From contig NZ_JASGKT010000001.1 of the NCBI RefSeq assembly GCF_047600445.1, positions 454,853-518,852 on the forward strand: a stretch of 64,000 bases of DNA, read 5' to 3'. The notes below the pieces were generated by a model, which saw only the letters and a program-made list of their open reading frames with translations, did no database searches and was not told the DNA's origin. Of the stretch, positions 56,341-64,000 are shown in pieces. A program made the translations under genes and the position numbers. Position 1 is the stretch's first letter. Each line of letters opens with the position of its first letter. Source of the stretch: Piscinibacter sp. (GTDB lineage Bacteria; Pseudomonadota; Gammaproteobacteria; Burkholderiales; Burkholderiaceae_C).

Positions 56341-58988
56341 TGAAACCGACGAGCCAGCCTTTCCGCAAACCCCTGCCCGGCACCTCGCTGGACTACATCG
56401 ACGCGCGTGCCGCGGTCGAGGCCCTGAAACCGGGCGCCTGGAACGCTCTGCCCTACACCGCGCGCGTGCATGCCGAGAACCTGGTGCGGCGCGCCGACCC
56501 GGCGATCCTGGACGACTGCCTGCGCCAGATCATCGAGCGCCGGCGCGACCGCGACTTCCCGTGGTACCCGGTGCGCGTGGTCTGCCACGACATCCTGGGC
56601 CAGACCGCGCTCGTGGACCTGGCCGGCCTGCGCGACGCGATCGCGTCGCAGGGCGGCGATCCGGCCGCGGTGAACCCGGTGGTGCCGGTGCAGTTGATCG
56701 TCGACCATTCGCTGGCGGTGGAGTGCGGCGGCTTCGACCCCGGCGCCTTCGCGAAGAACCGCGCCATCGAGGACAGGCGGAACGAGGACCGCTTCCATTT
56801 CATCGAGTGGACGAAACAGGCCTTCAGGAACGTGGACGTGATCCCGCCCGGCAACGGCATCATGCACCAGATCAACCTGGAGAAGATGTCGCCGGTGGTG
56901 TACGTGCAGGACGATGAACGTGGACAGGTGGCCTTCCCCGACACCTGCGTCGGCACCGACAGCCACACGCCGCACGTCGATGCGCTGGGTGTCATCGCCG
57001 TTGGCGTCGGCGGGCTGGAGGCCGAGAACGTGATGCTGGGCCGTGCCTCGTGGATGCGGCTGCCCGACATCGTCGGCGTCGAGCTGACGGGCCGGCGCCA
57101 AAGCGGCATCACCGCCACCGACATCGTGCTGGCGCTGACCGAGTTCCTGCGCAAGGAAAAGGTGGTCGGCGCCTACCTGGAGTTCTTCGGCGAGGGCACG
57201 AAGGGCCTGACCATCGGCGACCGCGCGACCATCTCCAACATGTGCCCCGAGTACGGCGCGACCGCGGCGCTGTTCTACATCGACGCGCAGACGCTGGACT
57301 ACCTGCGCCTGACCGGGCGCGACGAGGCCCAGGTCAAGCTGGTCGAGACCTATGCGAAGACGGCAGGGTTCTGGGCCGATACGCTGGCCGGCGCCCAGTA
57401 CGAGCGTGTGCTGAGCTTCGACCTCTCGACCGTGGTGCGCAACATGGCCGGCCCGTCGAACCCGCACCGCCGGCTGCCGACCAGCGCGCTGGCCGAGCGC
57501 GGCATCGCCGGCAACCTGGAGCAGGCGCGCGCGCAGGAGGCGCAGGGGCTGATGCCCGACGGCGCGGTGATCATCGCCGCCATCACGAGTTGCACCAACA
57601 CCAGCAACCCGCGCAACGTCATCGCCGCCGGCCTGCTGGCGCGCAACGCCAACCGCCTGGGCCTCGCGCGCAAGCCCTGGGTCAAGACCTCGCTGGCCCC
57701 GGGCTCCAAGGCGGTGGAGCTGTACCTGAAAGAAGCCGGCCTGCTGCCCGACCTGGAGAAGCTCGGCTTCGGCATCGTCGCCTTCGCCTGCACCACCTGC
57801 AACGGCATGAGCGGCGCGCTGGACCCCAAGATCCAGCAGGAGATCGTCGAGCGCGACCTGTACGCCACCGCGGTGCTGTCGGGCAACCGCAACTTCGACG
57901 GCCGCATCCACCCGTATGCGAAGCAGGCCTTCCTGGCCAGCCCGCCGCTGGTCGTTGCCTACGCGCTCGCCGGCACCGTGCGCTTCGACATCGAGCGCGA
58001 CGTGCTCGCGGTGGTGGATGGCCGCGAGATCCGCCTGGCCGACCTGTGGCCCGGCGATGACGAGATCGACGCGCTGGTGCGCGCTGCCGTCAAGCCGGCG
58101 ATGTTCCGGCAGGTGTACGAGACTATGTTCGCGCTGCGGCCGGTCGATGGCGGCGCGGTGAGCCCGCAGTACGACTGGCGGCCGCAGTCCACCTACATCC
58201 GCCGCCCGCCGTACTGGGACCGCGAAGGCGTGGGCGCGCTGGCCGCCAGCCCGCGCACGCTGGCCGGGCTGCGCCCGCTGGCGATCCTGCCGGACAACAT
58301 CACGACCGACCACCTGTCGCCGTCCAACGCCATCCTGCCCGACAGCGCGGCCGGCGAGTACCTGGCGAAGATGGGCCTGCCGGAAGAGGACTTCAATTCC
58401 TACGCCACGCACCGCGGCGACCACCTGACCGCGATGCGCGCCACCTTCGCGAACCCGACGCTGAAGAACGAGATGGTGCGCAATACCGACGGCAGCGTGC
58501 GCGCCGGCTCGTTGGCGCGCATCGAGCCCGAGGGCCGCGTGGTGCGCATGTGGGAGGCGATCGAGACCTACCTGAACCGGCGCCAGCCGCTGATCATCGT
58601 CGCCGGCGCCGACTACGGCCAGGGCAGCTCGCGCGACTGGGCCGCCAAGGGCGTGCGCCTGGCCGGCGTGGAGGCGGTGGTGGCCGAAGGCTTCGAGCGC
58701 ATCCACCGCACCAACCTGATCGGCATGGGCGTGCTGCCGCTGGAATTCCAGCCCGGCAGCAACCGGCTGACGCTGCAGCTCGACGGCACCGAGACCTACG
58801 ACGTGCTCGGCGAGCGCACCCCGCGCGCCACGCTGACGCTGCGCGTGCAGCGCCGCAACGGCGAAAGCGTCGACGTGCCCGTCACCTGCCGGCTGGATAC
58901 GGCGGAAGAAGTGTCGATCTACGAGGCCGGCGGCGTGCTGCAGCGCTTCGCGCAGGACTTCCTGGCCGACCAGAAGAAGGCGGCCTGA
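56340..58988 (+). CDS. acnD: Fe/S-dependent 2-methylisocitrate dehydratase AcnD (aconitase family)
   Basis: 882 aa. The ATG shares one nt with the prpC stop (TGATG). Aconitase Cys ligands are in ...ITSCTNTSNP... and ...CTTCNG.... It is followed by prpF, the diagnostic partner of acnD. Confidence 0.93.
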   Translation: MKPTSQPFRKPLPGTSLDYIDARAAVEALKPGAWNALPYTARVHAENLVRRADPAILDDCLRQIIERRRDRDFPWYPVRVVCHDILGQTALVDLAGLRDAIASQGGDPAAVNPVVPVQLIVDHSLAVECGGFDPGAFAKNRAIEDRRNEDRFHFIEWTKQAFRNVDVIPPGNGIMHQINLEKMSPVVYVQDDERGQVAFPDTCVGTDSHTPHVDALGVIAVGVGGLEAENVMLGRASWMRLPDIVGVELTGRRQSGITATDIVLALTEFLRKEKVVGAYLEFFGEGTKGLTIGDRATISNMCPEYGATAALFYIDAQTLDYLRLTGRDEAQVKLVETYAKTAGFWADTLAGAQYERVLSFDLSTVVRNMAGPSNPHRRLPTSALAERGIAGNLEQARAQEAQGLMPDGAVIIAAITSCTNTSNPRNVIAAGLLARNANRLGLARKPWVKTSLAPGSKAVELYLKEAGLLPDLEKLGFGIVAFACTTCNGMSGALDPKIQQEIVERDLYATAVLSGNRNFDGRIHPYAKQAFLASPPLVVAYALAGTVRFDIERDVLAVVDGREIRLADLWPGDDEIDALVRAAVKPAMFRQVYETMFALRPVDGGAVSPQYDWRPQSTYIRRPPYWDREGVGALAASPRTLAGLRPLAILPDNITTDHLSPSNAILPDSAAGEYLAKMGLPEEDFNSYATHRGDHLTAMRATFANPTLKNEMVRNTDGSVRAGSLARIEPEGRVVRMWEAIETYLNRRQPLIIVAGADYGQGSSRDWAAKGVRLAGVEAVVAEGFERIHRTNLIGMGVLPLEFQPGSNRLTLQLDGTETYDVLGERTPRATLTLRVQRRNGESVDVPVTCRLDTAEEVSIYEAGGVLQRFAQDFLADQKKAA

Positions 58989-58992
58989 CACC

Positions 58993-60204
58993 ATGGCATC
59001 CATTCCCCGAGTTCCCCAGGTGCGCATTCCCGCCACCTACATGCGCGGCGGCACCAGCAAGGGCGTGTTCTTCCGCCTGCAAGACCTGCCCGAGCGCTGC
59101 CGGCAGCCCGGGCCGGCGCGCGACCAACTGTTCCAGCGCGTGATCGGCAGCCCCGACCCGTACGCGGCGCAGATCGACGGCATGGGCGGCGCCACCTCCA
59201 GCACCAGCAAGTGCGTGATCCTGTCGCGCAGCAGCCGGCCCGGCCACGACGTGGACTACCTCTACGGCCAGGTCGCTATCGACAAGGATTTCGTCGACTG
59301 GTCGGGCAACTGCGGCAACCTGTCGACCGCCGCCGGCGCGTTTGCGATCCACGCCGGGCTGATCGACCCGGCGCGCGTGCCGCAGGATGGAACTTGCACG
59401 GTACGCATCTGGCAGGCCAACATCGGCAAGACCATCATCGCCCATGTGCCGGTCAGTGGCGGCCAGGTGCAGGAAACCGGCGACTTCGAGCTCGACGGCG
59501 TGACCTTCCCGGCCGCCGAGATCGTGCTCGAATTCATAGCCCCTGCCGAGGAAGGCGACGACGACGGCGGCGCGATGTTCCCCACCGGCAAGCTGGTCGA
59601 CGAGCTGCAGGTGCCCGGCATCGGCACGCTGAAGGCCACGCTGATCAACGCCGGCATTCCCACCGTCTTCGTCAATGCGGCCGACATCGGCCGCACCGGC
59701 ACCGAGCTGCGCGAGGCGATCAACGGCGATGCCCAGGCGCTGGCCCGGTTCGAAGCCATCCGCGTGGCCGGCGCGCTGCGCATGGGCCTGATCAAGACCC
59801 CCGAAGAGGCGGCGACGCGCCAGCACACGCCGAAGGTTGCCTTCGTCGCGCCGCCGCGCGATCACGTGGCCGCCAGCGGCAAGACCATCGCCGCCGGTGA
59901 CGTGGACCTGCTGGTGCGCGCGCTGTCGATGGGCAAGTTGCACCACGCGATGATGGGCACGGCCTCGGTGGCCATCGCCACCGCCGCGGCGGTGCCGGGC
60001 ACGCTGGTCAACCTGGCCGCCGGCGGCGGCGAGCGTGCCGCGGTGCCGAAATCGATTGTTTTTGGCCACCCCTCCGGCACGCTGCGCGTCGGCGCCGAGG
60101 CGCGGTTGGTCGACGGCCGCTGGACCGTCGCCAAGGCCCAGATGAGCCGCAGCGCCCGCATCCTGATGGAAGGCTGGGTGCGCGTGCCCGGCGACAGTTT
60201 CTGA
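58993..60204 (+). CDS. prpF: 2-methylaconitate cis-trans isomerase PrpF
   Basis: IPATYMRGGTSKGVFF, GSPDPY..QIDGMGG..SSTSK and SGNCGN are PrpF motifs. Confidence 0.93.
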   Translation: MASIPRVPQVRIPATYMRGGTSKGVFFRLQDLPERCRQPGPARDQLFQRVIGSPDPYAAQIDGMGGATSSTSKCVILSRSSRPGHDVDYLYGQVAIDKDFVDWSGNCGNLSTAAGAFAIHAGLIDPARVPQDGTCTVRIWQANIGKTIIAHVPVSGGQVQETGDFELDGVTFPAAEIVLEFIAPAEEGDDDGGAMFPTGKLVDELQVPGIGTLKATLINAGIPTVFVNAADIGRTGTELREAINGDAQALARFEAIRVAGALRMGLIKTPEEAATRQHTPKVAFVAPPRDHVAASGKTIAAGDVDLLVRALSMGKLHHAMMGTASVAIATAAAVPGTLVNLAAGGGERAAVPKSIVFGHPSGTLRVGAEARLVDGRWTVAKAQMSRSARILMEGWVRVPGDSF

Positions 60205-60221
60205 ACACCGAACCCACGACC

Positions 60222-61082
60222 ATGTCCACACGCAAACGACTCAAGGCCCTGGCCGAAGCGCGCCGCGGCGTCATCGTGCCCGGGGCGTTCAACGCGCTGT
60301 CGGCCAAGGTCATCGCAGATCTGGGCTTCGAGGCCATCTACATCACCGGCGCCGGCGTCACCAACATGTGGTTCGGCATGCCGGACCAGGGTTTTATGGG
60401 CCTGGCCGAGATCGCCGACCACACCGCGCGCATCCGCGACGCGGTGACCGTGCCGCTGATCGTCGACGCCGACACCGGCTTCGGCAATGCGCTGAACGTG
60501 GTGCACACGGTGCGCACGCTGGAGCGTGCAGGCGCCGACTGCATCCAGCTCGAAGACCAGGTGGCGCCCAAGCGCTGCGGGCACTTCTCGGGCAAGGAAG
60601 TCATTTCCACCGAAGAGGCGGTGAGCAAGATCAAGGCGGCGGTGGACGCGCGGCGCGACCCCGACTTCCTGATCATGGCGCGCACCGACGCCGCCGCCAC
60701 GCAGGGCTTCGACGCCGCCGTGGAGCGCGCGCAGCAGTTCGCCGAGGCCGGCGCCGACATCCTGTTCGTCGAAGCGGTCACCAAGGCCGAGGAAGTGCGC
60801 GCGCTGCCGCGGCGCCTTGCCAAGCCGCAGTTGATGAACATGGTGATCGGCGGGCGCACGCCGATCTTCAACGCCGCCGAACTGGCCGGGCTGGGCTACG
60901 GCATCGTGCTGTACGCCAACGCCGCGCTGCAAGGCGCGGTGGCCGGCATGCAGAAGGCGCTGACCGTGCTGCGCGACACCCGGGAAGTGCAGGAGTCCAG
61001 CGGCCTGGTGACGCCCTTCGCCGAGCGGCAGCGCCTGGTCGGCAAGCCGGAGTGGGATGCGCTGGAGAAGCGCTATGGCTGA
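60222..61082 (+). CDS. prpB: Methylisocitrate lyase (isocitrate lyase/PEP mutase family)
   Basis: IVDADTGFG and EDQ..PKRCGH..GK are the family catalytic motifs. It is the last gene of the prp string. Substrate assignment is by context. Confidence 0.8.
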   Translation: MSTRKRLKALAEARRGVIVPGAFNALSAKVIADLGFEAIYITGAGVTNMWFGMPDQGFMGLAEIADHTARIRDAVTVPLIVDADTGFGNALNVVHTVRTLERAGADCIQLEDQVAPKRCGHFSGKEVISTEEAVSKIKAAVDARRDPDFLIMARTDAAATQGFDAAVERAQQFAEAGADILFVEAVTKAEEVRALPRRLAKPQLMNMVIGGRTPIFNAAELAGLGYGIVLYANAALQGAVAGMQKALTVLRDTREVQESSGLVTPFAERQRLVGKPEWDALEKRYG

Positions 61083-61193
61083 GCGTGGTGTCGGCGCCGC
61101 TGCGCCCGGGCCCGCGGGCGGATTCTTCTTGACGCAGGCCGGCCCCGGCAACGCATACTCTCCTTGCCCCGCAAACAAGCAAGGAGACACACC

Positions 61194-62963
61194 ATGGCAT
61201 GGCACGGCAAGCGGCGCCTCGGCGCGGTTCTATCGGTCCTGTCGCTCGGGGCGCTGACCGCCGCGCTGAGCGGCTGCGGCAGCAGCAGCGACGACGACGA
61301 CAGCCAGCCCACGTTGCGCCAGACGCGCTACGGCGCGGTGCGCGGCACCGACGATTCTGCGCAGTCGGGCACCTGGGCGTGGAAGGGCATTCCGTTCGCC
61401 AAGCCGCCGGTGGGCGCGCTGCGCTGGAAGGCGCCGGCCGATCCCGAGGCCTGGAGCGGCACGCGCGACGCGAGCAAGTTCGCCAACGCCTGCGTGCAGT
61501 ACGGCCGCATCTACGGCCCCGGCGCCAACAACACCTACGACGCCACCATCGGCACCACGCTGAACCAGGCGGTGGGCAGCGAAGACTGCCTGTACCTGAA
61601 CATCTGGCGCCCCGCCAGCAACGCCGCCGGCCTGCCGGTGATCGTGTTCATCCACGGCGGCAGCAACGTCTCGGGCTACACCGCCGATCCCGTCTACGAC
61701 GGCGCGGCGCTGGCCAAGGCGGCCGACGCGGTGGTGGTCACCGTGAACTACCGGCTCGGCATCTTCGGCTGGCTGAACCTGCCGCAGCTCAAGGAAGGCG
61801 CGAGCGCGGCCGAGGACTCGGGCAACTTCGCGACGCTGGACAACATCAAGGCGCTGCAGTTCATCAACGGCAACATCGCGGCCTTCGGCGGCAACCCGGA
61901 CAACGTCACGGTGATGGGCCAGTCGGCCGGGGCGATCAACGTCTACGCGCTGCTGACCTCGCCGCTGGTGGCCGGCGCCAACCCGAAGCTGATGCACAAG
62001 GCGGTGCCGATGAGCGGCGGCATCTCGCTGGCCAGCAACGTGCCGCCCGGCAGCATCCCGACGCTGAACCCGGCCTCCACCGCGCTGGCGCAGGGCAACG
62101 CGCTGCTCAACGCGCTGCTGATCGCCGACCGCCTCGCGACCGACGACGCCACGGCGCAGGCCTACGCCGCGACGCAGACGCCGGCGCAGATCGCCGCCTA
62201 CCTGCGCGCCAAGGATCCGGCCACGCTGCTGCTGACGCTGCTGACCAAGCTGGCGCCGCTGGGGCTGGCCGGCTCGGGGCCGATTCCCGACGGCGCGGTG
62301 CTGCCGGAGGATCCGATCGCCGCGATCAACGCCGGCAACTACCTCAAGGTGCCGGTGCTGGCGGGCAACACGCGCGACGAGGCCAAGCTGTTCCCGACCT
62401 TCCTCGCGCTGGCGCCGGCGCTGGGCGGCGTCAGCGGCCGGCTGGTCAGCGACGCGACGCTGTTCGCCACGCAGCTCGGCTACAACCCCGACGCGCCGCC
62501 GGCCGTCACGATCGAGCAGTGGATCCCCGCGCAATACCTGCCGGTGACGACGCCGGTGACGGGCTTCAACGCCAAGACCGACCTGCTGAACGCGATCTTC
62601 TTCGGCACGAGCCGCGACAACGTGATGACGGCGCTGAAGTCGCAGCAGGACAAGGTCTGGTACTACCGCTTCGACTGGGACGAGGAGCCCGCGCCCTGGA
62701 ACGACATCTACGGCGCCGCGCACGCCTTCGACCTGCCGTTCGTGTTCGGCACCTTCGGGCCGTCGCTGTTCGCGAACGTGGCCAACAGCACGGCCAACCG
62801 GCCCGGGCGGCTGGCGCTGTCGAACGCGATGATGCAAAGCGTGGCCGCCTTCGCGCGCAGCGGCGACCCGAACAACGCGGCGCTGGGCGTCGCGTGGCCG
62901 GCGTGGCCGAGCCAGTTGCTGTTCGATGCCAGCGCCACGGCGGCGAGCATCTCGGTGCAGTGA
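61194..62963 (+). CDS. Carboxylesterase/lipase type B family lipoprotein
   Basis: Start taken at MAWHGKRRLG.... Lipobox LSGCGSS, oxyanion hole FIHGGSN, nucleophile GQSAGA, and W.GIPFA.PPVG.LRW. Confidence 0.88.
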   Translation: MAWHGKRRLGAVLSVLSLGALTAALSGCGSSSDDDDSQPTLRQTRYGAVRGTDDSAQSGTWAWKGIPFAKPPVGALRWKAPADPEAWSGTRDASKFANACVQYGRIYGPGANNTYDATIGTTLNQAVGSEDCLYLNIWRPASNAAGLPVIVFIHGGSNVSGYTADPVYDGAALAKAADAVVVTVNYRLGIFGWLNLPQLKEGASAAEDSGNFATLDNIKALQFINGNIAAFGGNPDNVTVMGQSAGAINVYALLTSPLVAGANPKLMHKAVPMSGGISLASNVPPGSIPTLNPASTALAQGNALLNALLIADRLATDDATAQAYAATQTPAQIAAYLRAKDPATLLLTLLTKLAPLGLAGSGPIPDGAVLPEDPIAAINAGNYLKVPVLAGNTRDEAKLFPTFLALAPALGGVSGRLVSDATLFATQLGYNPDAPPAVTIEQWIPAQYLPVTTPVTGFNAKTDLLNAIFFGTSRDNVMTALKSQQDKVWYYRFDWDEEPAPWNDIYGAAHAFDLPFVFGTFGPSLFANVANSTANRPGRLALSNAMMQSVAAFARSGDPNNAALGVAWPAWPSQLLFDASATAASISVQ

Positions 62964-62964
62964 C

Positions 62965-64000
62965 GTGACGACGCCGGCGGCCCGCCTGCCCTCGCCGCGC
63001 TGCGCCCGCCAGGCCCTGGCCCGTCTGCAGCAGATGGCCGGGCTGGACCTGCGCGGGCCGCCGCTGGTCGAGCCGGTGATGCAGGCGCTGCACCGGCTGG
63101 TCGGCTTCGATGCGGGCGGCTACGTGCATCCGGGCAGCGACGGGGTGTTGCAGACCTACCTGGAAGACCCCGCCATCCAGGCGCGGGAGGCGGCGTACTT
63201 CGACCCGCGCATCCTGCGCAGCGAGAACGCGGTGCTGCGCTGCAGCCTGCACCACCTGGGGCACACGGTGCATCTGGGCGCGGGGCCGCTGATGCTGGCG
63301 CAGTTGCTGAAGGTGCCCTACGCCGAGCTGCTGCGCAGCGAGTTCTACGACGTGATGCTGCGCCCCTCGGGCGTGACCGACTGGGCCACGCTGGTGCTGC
63401 GCGCCGACGGCCGGCGCGTGGGCACGCTGGTCCTGTACCGCCACGCGGGCTCGGCGCCGTTCACGCGCGAGGAGCTGGACGTGCTGGCGCCGCTGCAGGC
63501 CACGCTGGCGCACGTGCTGCAGCCGGGCGATGCGGACGCGCACGACGACGGCGACGACAGCGAGCGGCTGGGCAGCGGCCTGCTCGTCGCCACCGCCGGG
63601 GGCCGGCCGCAGTGGATCTCGCCCGAGGCCGAAGCCTTGCTGCGGCAGGCCTTCGGCTGGCGCTGGCGCGGCGCCGCGGGCGCGCTGCCCGCGCCCTTGC
63701 AGGCGCTGCTGCGGCGGCTGCATGCGCCCGCGCTGCCGGGCGAGCCGCTGCCCGTGCCGCAGATGCGCCTGTGCAACGCGCAGGGCTGGTTCTCGCTGCG
63801 CGCCACGCGCATGGAGGCCGCGCGCGGCGAGCGGCAGGCCGTGGCGGTGCACATCACGCGGCGCGCGCCGCGAGGGGTGCGCCTGCTGTCGGCCTTGCAG
63901 GCGCTCGGCCTGCCGCAGCGCCAGCACGAACTGGCATGGTGGCTGGCGCGCGGCCTGCCCGAATCGCAGATCGCCGCGCGCATGGGCATCAGCGCCAACA
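62965..64000 (+). CDS. LuxR/GerE-type transcriptional regulator (3' end outside window)
   Basis: My own translation (no stop in the window, so it is absent from the ORF track): VTTPAARLP...LHRLVGFDAGGYVH...LPQRQHELAWWLARGLPESQIAARMGISAN is the start of a GerE-type HTH. GC3 is high. The start (GTG at 62965, or a later ATG) is uncertain. Confidence 0.6.
   Translation, partial: MTTPAARLPSPRCARQALARLQQMAGLDLRGPPLVEPVMQALHRLVGFDAGGYVHPGSDGVLQTYLEDPAIQAREAAYFDPRILRSENAVLRCSLHHLGHTVHLGAGPLMLAQLLKVPYAELLRSEFYDVMLRPSGVTDWATLVLRADGRRVGTLVLYRHAGSAPFTREELDVLAPLQATLAHVLQPGDADAHDDGDDSERLGSGLLVATAGGRPQWISPEAEALLRQAFGWRWRGAAGALPAPLQALLRRLHAPALPGEPLPVPQMRLCNAQGWFSLRATRMEAARGERQAVAVHITRRAPRGVRLLSALQALGLPQRQHELAWWLARGLPESQIAARMGISAN

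Noticed and set aside
48261-59036. Antisense giants 48261..50345 -, 50264..51616 -, 51577..54486 -, 52128..54818 +, 56289..59036 -, 55159..56241 -
   Set aside because: They fully overlap strongly conserved prkA, yeaH, ycgB, scfR, prpC and acnD frames. Composition is Arg/Ala/Val/His-rich.

Overview
Chromosomal, replication-origin-proximal window from a very high-G+C proteobacterium. Gene content and order look Burkholderiales-like, but that is inference only. It opens with the dnaA tail, dnaN and gyrB. About 37 kb later it contains mnmG-rsmG-parA...parB, with two parS palindromes inside mnmG and rsmG. Between them are two RND efflux operons, an orphan WYL-regulator/unknown-protein pair, a large lipoprotein, redox and detoxification genes, and a tightly overlapped grx-like/hydrolase/ABC-2 operon. 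The last 16 kb hold prkA-yeaH-ycgB behind a sigma-54-type promoter, a methylcitrate (prp) cluster with an XRE/ScfR-type regulator, a lipoprotein carboxylesterase and a truncated LuxR-type gene. I found no rRNA, tRNA, CRISPR array, transposase or integrase. The items most worth follow-up are: (1) the WYL regulator head-to-head with a 362-aa orphan carrying a degenerate HNH-like motif and shared palindromes; (2) a solitary integron-type GNAT cassette with an attC-like element beside gyrB; (3) an RND pump co-operonic with DUF2892, a TehA/SLAC1-type channel, a CsoR/FrmR-family repressor and a CsoR-type operator. Many long Arg/Ala/Pro-rich ORFs in the six-frame track are GC-driven shadows and were not called. 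Internal start sites were placed by counting residues from the ORF-track ends. DNA-motif coordinates were counted along the printed lines and may be off by 1-2 nt.
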